NCBI GenBank assembly: GCA_049999805.1
Contig: JBNGIO010006235.1
Coordinates: 86,430-123,102, forward strand
DNA from: Folioceros fuciformis
Taxonomy: Eukaryota
Direction: 5' to 3'
DNA length: 36,673 bases
The position numbers and the translations under genes were made by a program. This document shows, one piece after another, positions 11,265 through 26,409 of this stretch (its first letter is position 1; the number at the start of each line of letters is the position of its first letter). Below the pieces are notes generated by a model. It saw only the letters and a program-made list of their open reading frames with translations, searched no databases and was not told the DNA's origin.

Positions 11265-12393
11265 AGCTCAGGAAACCTGTCCAAAGATGAGAGCCAAACA
11301 ACCTACTACTGCAGGATGCCCTGGGTACTACCACGCCGTACGGGCTCACAAGGATGAGCCCGAACCCGGAACCGAAGGGCCTGCACGAAACGTCTACCAT
11401 GGATGTGAACGCCTATGCAACTTTTTGCCTCCTTTCCCACTCCGTTTGGACACAGAAGCAAAGGAGCTCTCATCCAACTTCCACTGTGAGACAGGACAAC
11501 CTAACGAATCGGTGGGTAAAGCGTTTCCACAGGGACCTCCGTTTCCGGCTAGGTTCCCTCTAGGATCTTTCCCTGGCCAATAAAGTGTCCATAACACAAT
11601 GTCGTGAGGGGCAAGGTAGTAGCGGGGCCACAATCATCCAAATCCACCAACTCCGTGGAATGTGCCACCCATTCATGAGGAGCAGGAGGAAGTCACAAGA
11701 ACATTGATTCATGCTGAAGAGGATACCAATTCATGGGGCATTTGTGAAATATGGCATGCAAGAGCAGGCACTGATCATCTCCCTCATTGCTTAGGGAGGG
11801 GAGACAGGAGGATTAGGAAGTTTCAAGAGCAGGCATTGATCCTTGAATCCTTGAGTGAGTAAGTAGATATGCTTTTGTCTTGTATCAACTTGTCCCTGGG
11901 AACTACTTGCATACCTATTCGTTATATAAATATAAATATAAACTATGAAATTTATTTTAAGGAATGCTTCTTTCACTTCGTCTTCTGCCATTCTTGGCTT
12001 TTCCCTATTGCGTGTTGTTCTCCTTGTCACGAGGTAGATGGATGGAACTTCCATCTCTTTTTTTTCTATTAAGTCTTTAGATTCCACCTTCGTCTTCTGT
12101 GAATATGGTTAAGCACAGAATTCATTGCAGTGAAAGGCGCTAAACTTTGAGGTAAGGACGTTTCTCTAACATGCACTACCCGTGTGTTTTGAATGTGAGT
12201 GGGTGTGCAGCTGATTACAAAAATCATCCCAATGGCATAAAACGCGGTTTCTGAAAACCGTTGAATGGGAGTGAGGTGAGGACAGCCTGCATTCCTGTGT
12301 GGAACGTCCAGTCCTCGTTTACACCAAGTGTCGCTGCATTGTTCCTCATGGTGACTTCCCGAGTTCCTGCCGGTGTGATTTCCCGAGGAGGAG

Positions 12394-14338
12394 ATGACGA
12401 CTTTCTCGGACGATGAGGATTGGGACGATCCATCGTTTCTGTCGCAGCTGGAGGCTGCGGAAGCTGAAGGAGTGAGGCGGCTGTCGCAGCAGGGGGATGG
12501 AGACCGTTCTTCCTACAGCAAGAGGAAGCGGCAGAACACGCCGGGGGCCGCTGAATTCTCCCCGCAGGAAGATTATGGAAGGGAGCGCAGTGAGGACAAG
12601 GCCTCAACGACTCTGATAGCTGAGGAGGAAGGGGACTACACGACTGCGCTCAAGGGGAGCAAGAGTGCCAAATGGGAGTCCAAGGTGTCTGCTCCTCGTG
12701 GCACTGCCTACGAGGGGGGCTCTAATCGGGCAGCAGAGAGCTATGGAGGTTCCGGATCGCGTCAGCAATCCGGGGTGGTGCCGGAGAGGCCGTGTCCTTG
12801 CGGGGCCGGCTTGTGTAATGTGCTCACGGCGCGGACTGAGAGGAACATGGGAAGGAGGTTTTATACGTGTCCGAAAGGCAAGGTGAGGAGGTTTTTGTGA
12901 AATTTTGGTGTTTTGTTGTTGAATGATCTGTACGTCGTGCTGCAAAGCTTACGGAGTTTGTGGCGGTGTTCTGGAGGAGTAGGATGAAGGCTGTGGTTTC
13001 TTTGAATGGTGTGAAATTGGAGGAGGCCAAGGGCATTCCAAAGATCTCCAGACTCAGAGTGCGGGTACAGGAGACTCCGGCTGGTCTGCAGATCGGATTT
13101 CACAACCTCAGATGGATTGCCCTTGTGGCGCAGGCGCCTGCTTAGTGTTTACGGCCAAAACCGAGAAGAACTGTGGACGGATGTTCTACCGTTGCCCTAA
13201 CTCGAAGGAGGTTGGTTGGTGTAGATGATTTTTCGCTTGCCCTCTCTTGTTGAGTCAGTTTGCTTCCTTGCCATGATTTTCATGAAGCTAGAGGAGTCAC
13301 CTCATGCATGAAGCTAAAGGAGTGAATGAGGCTAGAAGCGTGCATGAAGCTNNNNNNNNNNGCATGAAGCTAAAGGAGTGAATGAGGCTAGAAGCGTGCA
13401 TGAAGCTACAGGATTGACCTCCTGGGTTTTCTTTTTTTCTGGATTTGCAGAAGTCTTGTAATTTCTTCAAGTGGTGCGATGAAGAATCCTCTACAGCCAG
13501 TCGAGGATCTTCTGGTGGAGAGTTCAGTGGTAGGCAGGGTGTAGCGCACCAGAGTCCAATGACAGCTGGTTACCTAGGCTTTGGTGGTTCCGGTGGCTAC
13601 CATGGTGCAGGTGCAGACCATAAGAGTTTTCCGGCAGGTCATGCAGGATTCAGTAGTCCAGGCGGCGGAGGTGCGACCACGGGGAATTGCTTCACTTGTG
13701 GACAGAGCGGACACTGGTCAAAAGACTGTCCGCAGCAAAGATCCACGAGCACGTCTGGAAGGCAAGGTGGTGATGAGAGTGCAGGTGCAGCTGGTCATGC
13801 AGGCTTTGATGGGGGAGGTGGACACAGCGGGAACTGCTTCAACTGTGGACAGACCGGACATTGGTCGAAAGACTGTTCACGACAAAGGAACACGAGCACC
13901 TCTGCCGTGCAAGACGGTGGGCCAAGGTTTGGAACCCAGGAAGACAATTCAGGAAAGACCAGCGGTGCCTGTTACGCTTGTGGTCAACCAGGTCACTGGG
14001 CTCCCAATTGCCCTCTTCGGATATCTCCTAGTAAGCCACGGACTAGCCCTAGTTCTAGATCCCTTCCTAGTTCTAGAAGCGCAGGCGCACAGAACACTGG
14101 GAGCATGCCATCTTCGGGAGGACGAGGCGGTTCTTGCTATAAGTGTGGGCAACCAGGGCACTGGGCTCCAGACTGTGGCAATCCTTCTCCAGCTAAGAGT
14201 CAAAAGGCTAGTCGTAGCCCTAATGCCAAAAACACGTGCTATAAGTGTGGGAAACAGGGTCACTGGGCTCCAAACTGCCCGTCGAGGGGCTCCCCGTCGA
14301 AGAAGAGTTCAGGCTACGGAAGGGGACGCAACAGTTGA
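12394..14338 (+). CDS. GRF zinc finger (x2) / CCHC zinc knuckle (x5) nucleic-acid-binding protein; exons 12394-12882, 12983-13210, 13451-14338
   Basis: CPCGAGLC...NMGRRFYTCP..GCGFFEWC and CPCGAGAC...NCGRMFYRCP..SCNFFKWCD are joined in frame by phase-0 GT-AG introns. Five CX2CX4HX4C knuckles follow (CFTCGQSGHWSKDC etc.). Confidence 0.9.
13306..13408. repeat. 36-bp intronic repeat flanking a 10-N assembly gap (13352-13361)
   Basis: gcatgaagctaaaggagtgaatgaggctagaagcgt occurs on both sides of the gap. Confidence 0.8.
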
Positions 14339-14389
14339 TCTGGGCCCCACTGATAGTTCTTCGCCAACTGCAAGGCAAGCCAACAGCAA

Positions 14390-16590
14390 TCATGGCAGCG
14401 GAAGAGGAAATGTCCAATCCCTCATGGGTCGTAGCTGCCGATCTACAACGGATCCATTGTGTAGCCAGAATGTCTCAGCAGACTGCTGAAACTTTCTCAC
14501 TTTTTGCTCAAGTTCCCAGAGAATACCAGTCATGGCTGTGCATGGTTCGGAATCTGGGCCATACACCCACAGGCAGCGCACTTGTCGTCCGTTGCGAAGC
14601 ATCCTCTCAATTTCGCTATCTGAAATGAGAAATGAATGGGTGAGCTGTGCACTTATCGAATTAGATTTCTAGCGAAGACTTATTTGAGGGTCATACCTGG
14701 TATCGACGCTAGATACTGAAGCAAGCTCTCGTCAATTTTTGTAGCAGGCCACTTGATCGAAAATGATGTGTAGTCGAGGATGCTCTGAAATGGCAGCTCG
14801 ATTTGATCTGAAAGAATAACTGGTACGCATTCCTGTAAGATGCAGACATTTAAGTTTCAGTGGCCAAGACTGCCTCAGCATGTAAACCCAGCGAAGGTGA
14901 GAGTTACCACAAAGAAAGACTCGTAGAAGCGGAGAGTCCAAGACGATTCCCCTCTGGGCGACAGGCAGAATTTCGCGTCTCTCAATCTCTCCAGGTAAGC
15001 CCTTTGCCCAAGCTTCATGGGTCCTGTGAGCTGCAAAATTGGAGCATCCAACTGCGAAAAAACAGATTGCACATCACAGGTAAAGCCATCGCCCGTATAT
15101 CTTTAGCCTTAGACTTACCTTCCCCCACTACAGTAACATTTCAGGATAGTGCACCTGGTCAGGAAAATGTTTCCCGAGTTCAATTATCTTGAGCCGTCCA
15201 GCCTTTCCCTGGGCACGCCCAAGAAAATTCACAAGATACTTGCGTTTTGCAAGAGCCACTGGCTTGAGTCCCTTTTGTACCGAGGAATTTTGCAGGGATA
15301 TCCCATTATCCACAGCTCCTGGGATGATGATATCCTTCCAAGTATTGAAAGCACTGCTGCCCCGCTTGTCCGTTCTATCACCCTGCATGCAGACCAGGAA
15401 CAGGATCTCATTCAGAGAGCCTACCACATGGACTAACTTCGAGAAGATGTACAAGCACGTGACAGAAACATGTTCCAAGCTTACCTCCGGCGTCAGGAAG
15501 ATTGAGCGATTGAGAAAGACAGCCCAGTCTTTGAACAGGTGCGCACCAGCTCCACTGCATGTCCCCACCGGCACAACACATTGTGTCCAAGCTGAGCTAC
15601 GCACTTTGCTTGACATGACCAGCAAAGGTAGCGGATGAAAGATTGTTTAAACCATATTCTGTTGAGACAATGTCAGCAGCTTGAGAAGTGCAGCAAAAGT
15701 GCAGAAGCCCTGGCGTCCACAGCGAAACCATGTACCTTGGGAACACAAAAACATGGTCCCTCCCACCAGACCGTCTAAAGTAAGGCATTTGCTGCAGCAC
15801 CTGGAAGGAACGGCAAGCACGCATGAGAGAGCATGAGATAGCTGCAGCTACGTCTGGTTGGCTCCCAACGTTCTGAATAGGTGACAACCTCCCACCTCCA
15901 CAAAGGTGCTGTTGATTTCCTTATCAGACAGACCACCTGCCATGCGCACGCACTTGATGTAGGCAGGAACAAAGAAGAGGTGAGCCTTGTCCTTGTCTCT
16001 AGTCCGCACCTCCGAGGTGAGAAGAAACCTGTGAATTTTCACCTGCACATAATTCCCTGTCAATACCCTGTACCCAACATTGCCCACGGCACACAAGGCA
16101 AGCACAAGAACGAGCTCAGGACCTGCGTCCCCCACTGCCCAGCCTCACACCGTCTCTCATCTATGTTGTGGTCACGCCCGGCCACCAGTTTCTTCAACCC
16201 TTCCACCTCCTCCTCCCCATACACATACACTCTGAGGGACAAGGTCGTCCCAACCCGTCGAGCCTGCTCCCCCAACGCATCCTCCAGGCTAGTACCAAAG
16301 TTCTTGTCTCCGGAGTGCAACACCGAATTGGGTCTCCCTTTCCCGGCCCCTCCTCCTCCCTCCCACGCGCGATCCAACCAGCGCGTGCCTGCACACTTTC
16401 ACGAACTCTCAGTCAACGGCTCATGCATCCCCCATTGTCTCACACTCTCTCACCCACAACACAGCCAACAGCAGCATTGTCACTCACAGATGAAGGTCAT
16501 CACAACCAGCACAATGCCTTGCAGCCAGGAAGACGGGATGCAAGAAGCTGAGTGTCCCTTCCGCAGCAGAGGACGGTGCCTCCCTTCCAT
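14390..16590 (-). CDS. Exostosin-family (GT47) Golgi glycosyltransferase, about 9 exons, At1g21480-like
   Basis: N-terminal TM anchor (WLQGIVLVVMTFI), then VYVY, GQWGTQVKIH, LFFVPAYIKCVRM, MPYFRRSGGRDHVFVFPSGAGAHLF, KFCLSPRGESSWTLRFYESFFVECVPVILSD and C-terminal ETFWLHNGSVVDR...FPLPLP*. Confidence 0.92.
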
Positions 16591-17221
16591 GGTCTGGAAA
16601 GGAGAAAAGAAGCAGACTACGAGTGCTTTGCAGCCTAACTGTGCCTGGGACCACTGCTTTCATTCTCCGTTTCTTGTCTGAACACATTAGACAGCCGACG
16701 TACATACATGTCACTCACCACGTACTTACATGTCACTCACCACGTACTGTAGTTTGAACCTGGAAGGACGGTGAAGTCGATGAACTGAACTCTCATTTTC
16801 TACCATGACTGGCACATGATATTTGTCCTCTGCACGTGCCTCTGCCCTTCATACCATGACACGTCATGGATGATGTCAAGCCACCCTCGCCTTGTTAATA
16901 CAGTACTGCATTGTTAATTTGTGATCTCCACTAATTAATTTCATTTTCCTCTCTCATTCAGACAGTTCCACGTGGGGACGCCCTCTTCGCCATTGAATTC
17001 CGCAACAAACGTGTATCCGACTAGGCGGACGGCGACGGGCAAACCGGCGTAGGCGGTGCGAATGACCGGGAGGTGTGTGGTGAGACAGGTGGCGTGGGCG
17101 GAATGAGCCGGTGGCAGGGGCGACACGAATTTGTGGAGCCCGACGCCCGACGGCCTAGCCTTGTACAATTTAAAGAGAAGAGGCGAGACGACGACTTGAA
17201 CGCTTGAGCGAGTGGACGGCG

Positions 17222-19618
17222 ATGGCGGCTGTCTCGACCGGACGCACTGTGGTGGTGGGTTGCAATGCCAGCCGCGGCCTGCAGCAGGGGCATCCCCAGT
17301 TTGTGCCTTTGGGGCTGGGAGTGGGAGTGGGCTCAGCGGGAGGAGCTCGACGATGGCGGCGGCAGCAGAAGCAGCAGAAGCAAAAGCAGCAGCTGCAGCA
17401 GCTGCAGCAGCAACAGCAACATCAGCAACAGCGGATGCAGGTTCGCGCAGTGCTGGACAAGCCGAGTCTGCCTCCGGCAGAAAGCGGGCAGGGGGATCCG
17501 GTGCGGGAGGCCCTGGAGCGCCTGTTCCAGCGGCGCCCTGCAGCCGGGGAATCTGAGAGCCGGGCCCTAGAGGTTGCAGTGAACGCCCTTGAGGTGGATC
17601 TGAACGAAGCCCTGGTGGCGTTGCGGAGCAAGGAGGAGGAGCTCCGGGCGGCCGAGAAGGCGCTCAAGGCGGACCAGTGGGAGGTGCAGATGTCCCGCGC
17701 CGAGCTGCACAAATGGGAGCAGGAGCTTATGGCTGTACGCTCTACCTACGACGACAAGAAGACGGAAGTGAATCGGTCCCAGAAGCGGCTGGCTGCGCAG
17801 GCTGGGGAGCTGCAGAAGGCCAAGCGGATGCTGCAGGAGCGGGAGTCTGAGATAGGGGTGGCGCAGGCCGCCCTCGGGGTGAAGGAGAAGGAGCTGAAAA
17901 GGCTCCAAGGCGTGGTCAAGGAGAAGGATGTGGAGCTGGCGATGGTCGCCGAGGCGCTGAAGACGAAGGATGTGGAGTTGCGGGGAAGCATCAAGACCGT
18001 GAAGGAGCAGTCGACGGGGATGGAGAGAATGCGAGCTGTGATGCAGGAGCAGGAGCAGACTGTGCTGTCGCTGGAGCGGGAGCTGAAGGAGAAGGAGGTG
18101 GTGTTGGATAAGACGGCGAGGGAGTTGGAGGGGAAGGTTGTGGCCTGGCTCCAGGCTGGGGAGGAGATCAAGCGGCTGGAGGCGGAGGTGCGGGGCCAGC
18201 GGGAAGGCGGGGAGGAGGCGAGGCGGGAGGTGGCTATGGCGAAGGCTGTGTTGAAGGAGGTGGAGGGAGAGCTGCGGGAGAGCCAGAGGTCTGTGGCCAC
18301 GTTCAAGAACGTGGTTGAGGAGCAGCGGGGGAAGCTCGGGCGGCAGGGAGAACTGTTGCGGGAGCAAAAGAAGACTATCAAAGCTCAGGCGGAGCAGCTG
18401 GAGGCTAGCGTGAAGCGGCTGGCGGAGGCCAGGGAGGAGGTGCAGTCATGGCAAAGCGCGTACAAGGCCCTGGAGCTGAGGCTGGAGGAGGAGAAGAAGG
18501 GGGCCGGGGTTGTGAAGATGGAGCTGGTCCGGGAGCGAGAGGCTCTGGCGATGGCTGTGAAGGAAGTGAAGGAGTTGAAGGCGGAGCTAGGGTTGCGGGA
18601 GAGGGAATTGGTGAAGGTGAATGCCGCTTTGCAGGCGAAGGAAGTGGAGTTGGAGGCGAGCAAGACGGAGATTGAGGAGTTGAAGTTGGAGTTCGCGGAT
18701 GTGAGGCGCGCAGTGGAGGATAAAAGCCAGGAGCTGGCTGTGGCGGAGAGGCGGATTAAGGGGTTGGAGATGGAGGTGGCGGAGGTGCGGGCAGTCCTCA
18801 AGAGCAAGGAGCATCAGCTTGCGGGGACAATGCTTGCTTTGCAGGAGAAGGACGACCAGATGGTGCTTATGCAGGGAGATTTGCAGGAGAGCCAGATGCG
18901 GCTGGCGGAGGCTACCTCCGTGGTGGAGCAGATCAGCTCCTTGTCCAGGCTGCTGGTGGAGTCGTCTTCTTCCATGGGGCTTTCCCCAGCGAGGTCGGAT
19001 GAAGGCTCGCTGCTCATCCAGGCCAACTGTGACGTGTTCGCTGCGAACCGCGCACTGCTGGAGACGGAGCTGCAGCTGCAGCGGCTGTACGAGCAGTCCG
19101 TGGGGAATGAGCTGCGGATGAAGGAGGTGGAAGCTGAGCTGGAGGCCGTGAAGGAGTGTTTGAAGGAGAAGAACGAGGAGCTGCTGAACGCGCAGCGAGC
19201 TTTGGTGATGAAGGAGCAGGAAGTGAGACCCTCCGTTGTGGCCGCGTTGCAGCTGACTCGGCTGGAGGATTCGGGGATGCAGGCGGAGCCGGCGACAACG
19301 GAGGTGGAGAAGCTGGAGCTGGAGCTGGCCAAGCTCGAGGCCGAGACGGCCATGTCTGCCTTGCACAGACTAGCTGAATTGAGCCAAGAGCTGGTGGCCT
19401 CGGCAAGCACGGGCGAGCCCGCCATGGTTGCCGCGCGGTCCAGCGTTGTCGAGACGGGGCCTAACCTCTCCAGGCTGCTGAGCCACGTGACTGGCATCCA
19501 CAACGGGGACGCTGCCCTGGAGATCATGGGGGGCGCCATGGCCGGCCTCGCCAACCTCGCACGACAGCTGGTGCTGGATGCAGGGATCGATCTCTCCTCC
19601 GAGCCTGTGCCGGCGTAG
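17222..19618 (+). CDS. PII1: Plastid coiled-coil protein, Protein Involved in starch Initiation 1 / MRC homologue (intronless; ATG at 17222)
   Basis: Transit-peptide-like N-terminus ending VRAVLD, then ALERLF, LEVDLNEALVALRSKEEEL, WLQAGEEIKRL, EKLELELAKLEAETAMSALHRLAELSQEL and LVLDAGI, colinear with Arabidopsis PII1/MRC as I recall it. Long heptad coiled coil. Confidence 0.8.
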   Translation: MAAVSTGRTVVVGCNASRGLQQGHPQFVPLGLGVGVGSAGGARRWRRQQKQQKQKQQLQQLQQQQQHQQQRMQVRAVLDKPSLPPAESGQGDPVREALERLFQRRPAAGESESRALEVAVNALEVDLNEALVALRSKEEELRAAEKALKADQWEVQMSRAELHKWEQELMAVRSTYDDKKTEVNRSQKRLAAQAGELQKAKRMLQERESEIGVAQAALGVKEKELKRLQGVVKEKDVELAMVAEALKTKDVELRGSIKTVKEQSTGMERMRAVMQEQEQTVLSLERELKEKEVVLDKTARELEGKVVAWLQAGEEIKRLEAEVRGQREGGEEARREVAMAKAVLKEVEGELRESQRSVATFKNVVEEQRGKLGRQGELLREQKKTIKAQAEQLEASVKRLAEAREEVQSWQSAYKALELRLEEEKKGAGVVKMELVREREALAMAVKEVKELKAELGLRERELVKVNAALQAKEVELEASKTEIEELKLEFADVRRAVEDKSQELAVAERRIKGLEMEVAEVRAVLKSKEHQLAGTMLALQEKDDQMVLMQGDLQESQMRLAEATSVVEQISSLSRLLVESSSSMGLSPARSDEGSLLIQANCDVFAANRALLETELQLQRLYEQSVGNELRMKEVEAELEAVKECLKEKNEELLNAQRALVMKEQEVRPSVVAALQLTRLEDSGMQAEPATTEVEKLELELAKLEAETAMSALHRLAELSQELVASASTGEPAMVAARSSVVETGPNLSRLLSHVTGIHNGDAALEIMGGAMAGLANLARQLVLDAGIDLSSEPVPA

Positions 19619-19781
19619 TACGCATGTTTGTCTTTCTGTACTATAATGTCGGAGCGCGGCTGTGTAAATTGTTTGATTTTGGCTGCAGTCTGGAGGGTTG
19701 TTTATTTACTTGTAATAGTATTTATCTAGAATCAGTTATACGCTAGGTATAACCATATGTACTTAAATGTACGTTTTCTTG

Positions 19782-20272
19782 TCAAGCTTCTCTGAATTGC
19801 CTCTCTGCTGGTGGTAGGCTGGAGAAAAGGGCTGGAGATACGCAGGTACTTCTGTATGTCGTGGCTTCAGTGAAGCTAAATATGCGGTGTGTTTTAAAGT
19901 GCGCTAAGGTAGGATAGTGCCTGAGGGACCGTATCTTGGCCTCCTTGCGTTGTGGAACACGCACTTACGAGAAATGCATGATTTCACTTGTTCAGTCCAC
20001 GGAATGGCCTGATCCACATCTCTAGACAACGACGGACAAGTCTTCTCCGGCAGTAAGGGGTCTTGCGAGGAAGACGTAACTTTCAAGCTACATGCCCCAT
20101 TCTGCATCTGAAGGTGGATATATCACTGGTCGAAGGATTCTAGAAGAGAATGTGAACAACAAGATCTGACTGGCGATGGTCCGCTCTTCCGAAACTTGAA
20201 GCCTCTTACATACTTGCTACCTGTCAGGATATCTGGTGTATCCATAAACCTTGCATCTCGAATCAGATCCAT
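19782..20272 (-). CDS. Possible small 4-exon hypothetical protein (about 90 aa)
   Basis: Exons 20272-20214, 20139-20092, 20021-19969 and 19903-19782 join in frame through GT-AG introns of 74, 70 and 65 bp. No family recognised; the last acceptor is ambiguous. Confidence 0.4.
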
Positions 20273-20802
20273 CTTTCAATGCAAAGGACGCTGAAGCACG
20301 AAACGGGGGTGGGGACACCCACACGCCATTTTTGCTGCCCTTCCCTGTGTGATTCAAAACAGTTTCTGACAGTCGGCGGTGTTCGGCACAGGGTGACGGG
20401 AAGATTTCAAAGACACATAACTTCGAAGTCGAGTCCGTGCCGGTTGTTTGCGCGGTTTCCGAAGAATTCGAGGTATCTACTGGTATATTCTAATAGTAGA
20501 GCATCCTAGCACGGTCGAGGCGGAAACAACCGACTCTTCATCGAAAAAACAGGTCAACAAGCACAAGCAGCATTCAAGTAAAACTCCGTTCTACCAATTG
20601 GTAGGCAGGAACCAACTTGCCAGTGCTTTCGCACGGGACTGCGCATTCACAGCCTCTAGGACTCGAAACAAAATTGTAGAAGCTTACCAGGGACTCACAC
20701 GTCGGCTGATAAATTAGAGAAACCACATACCTAACTAACTTATCTGTCTTCCCGGCAAGATGAGCAAAACAAACTACAACTCGGGTGTGTGTCAAACTGC
20801 AC

Positions 20803-22241
<1,439 letters not shown>

Positions 22242-22512
22242 GTTGCCGACCGCTGAGGGAGCCTGAGCTGGGGCGCTGTGAAAAGAGAGAATCTATCGGT
22301 GTGATAAATTAAATAGGTACACGCCGATGACTTGCTAGGGCAAACGCTCGTAGGTTGCACTTCTTATGTATAAAGACAGACCTACGTGGGTAGGGCTCTA
22401 GGGAGAAATCGATATGTGTGTCCATTTCATCCCTGTTCACACTCTTTGAAGAAATTCTTAATTTACAGTCTACATCTCGCGAGGCTAAGGAAACCTGACG
22501 CAAGAGGAAGAC
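22242..22512. promoter_or_regulatory. Very short divergent intergenic region / putative bidirectional promoter of RPSA and RPT4
   Basis: Only 271 bp lie between the two start codons. The interval also contains a probable RPSA 5'UTR intron (minus-strand gtctgt...ttttcacag, about 22381-22276). Confidence 0.6.
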
Positions 22513-24619
<2,107 letters not shown>

Positions 24620-26300
24620 AACTGTCGACGGCACAAAGTGATTGTTGCCGTGCTTACGTGCTTCCTGGCAGTCCTCCAGGGGTACAATTTCATACGATAT
24701 CTGGTATAAAGGACTCATCCGCAGATGTTGGCGGGTAGAAAGTCTCTGGAACGAAGTTCAGAAAGAACGCTCATGCGTACCAATCCTCGGAGGCCATGAT
24801 TACTGATACAAGTTCGCCCCGGCGGGAAGGACAGCCTCGTTACCGTCCGATGGAAGCTGGCATTTGCAGACACATTACCCCTAAGGTCGTCGCTCCCGTC
24901 TTGTAACTAGCACCCAATGGAGAAAAATCCTTATAGCATAAATCTGACAACTATCGATACCCGGGAAATGAAAATCAATTATGTCACCTTCACAAACCAA
25001 ATATTATCTGAATTTATTAATATTTAAATAATATATCATTCACTACAAAGGAAAGCTAAACCTTGGACTGATTTTTGGCTCTTGATAATATGTGCATTTT
25101 AATACAGAATACGATACGAACACCACAGTATATTATACAGACCCATTTTTTTAAGCTAATTGACCTGGCTGTTTGGGGGCGTCTCGATTCAGCCATCCCG
25201 ATCCGGCCATCGCCCATTGACAAGATTTTTTTCGATATCCTTTAAGGGTTTCAAGGTTCCATGGCATCACACTGAAGGGAGCATGCTCTGCGTCTTCCTC
25301 TTGAGGGAAGGCTCATCCCTCAAGAGGAAGGCTCATCACTAGCTATGTTGTTCTCCCTCCACACAACGCAACAATCACGATGCAACACCCTATCTAAGGG
25401 ACAATGAACCATATAGTAGGGGGAATGGGTTTAGACAATCTTTATTCCAAGCCTTTGAGGGGTACATGTCCCAACATTTGAACACCGGCAAAAGAAAGAC
25501 TCCATGGGCCTCCATACAAAGACCCTACACTACTACAAAGACCAGAGAAGGTAAATGCCGCTCCACGCCCATAGAGTGGCCTCCTCTTCTATCCATGGCT
25601 GCAGGTACACGTCCAATGGCTCCATCCTGCTCCCTTTGCATATGCATACCCAGGCAACCTATAAGGCCAGCACAAAACACACAACGTTGTGGAAGGCTTA
25701 GGTTTGCTACTACAATACGTACATGCAACCCGCAAGGCTTGTAAGTTACAATGGCATTAGACAAACAACTCAGTGCAAGCTACGACTCACACTACACGTG
25801 CCATTTGCAATGACATCTATAATTACAGTCACCGCCTGGACATTACTCTTCCAACCCCTTACGATAATTCAAGCCCCACGGCACTCTACATGTGCCATCT
25901 GCAACGTAGTGTGCCACCCACTTTGCAGCGACAATTCCCATGGTCACCGCAATCCAGGGACAATTTGCAATGACAATTCCCATGGTCACCACAATTCACC
26001 ACATTTTGTAACGTCAACTCCCCCTACTAGACCATTTTGCAACTACTAGACCATTTTGCAAATGCGACACAGTTTACAAGGTCTATGTACAAGAGCATTA
26101 CATCTTGCCACTGCCATCTACAAGTTCCGCTCTACCTGCAAGGGTCTAGGGTGCCTTCAACCTCGAATGCTACTACCTCACCATCCTCAAATACCCCCTC
26201 ACCTCTTGACTTCATGTTTAACCAGCAACACTCGCTGCCATGCAATCTCGTTCTCCTTCCTCCACTACTGAGCAAGTGCAGGCCAAAACTCGTACACACC

Positions 26301-26409
26301 CACTGAGGTGTAGAGTGAAGTGCGAAAGAATGTCAGTGCATGTAGAACGCCCACAAAACGCTCACTGAGGTGTAGAGTGAAGTGCAAAAGAATGGCAGTG
26401 CATGCAGAA
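26301..26409. repeat. Direct repeat, 62-bp period (2 copies)
   Basis: cactgaggtgtagagtgaagtgc.aaagaatg.cagtgcatg at 26301 and 26363. Confidence 0.85.

Noticed and set aside
11600-12150. Possible transposon fragment between the PPR and zinc-finger genes
   Set aside because: Only short ORFs and an 18-bp imperfect repeat; no diagnostic motif or termini.
13680-14280. Retroelement gag interpretation of the CCHC knuckles
   Set aside because: No protease, RT, integrase or LTRs. The knuckles are spliced in frame to GRF-finger exons of a host gene.
13581-14489. 302-aa alternative-frame ORF overlapping the zinc-knuckle exon
   Set aside because: Shadow frame of a repetitive GC-rich exon. It has no motif of its own, and the knuckle frame explains the sequence.
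15881-16681. 266-aa plus-strand ORF
   Set aside because: Antisense to the exostosin exons, runs across their introns, and has no recognisable domain.
17567-19554. Several long antisense ORFs (211-266 aa) over PII1
   Set aside because: Expected from GAG/CTG/AAG-rich coiled-coil codons, which give few stops on the opposite strand. The products are low-complexity Leu/Ser.
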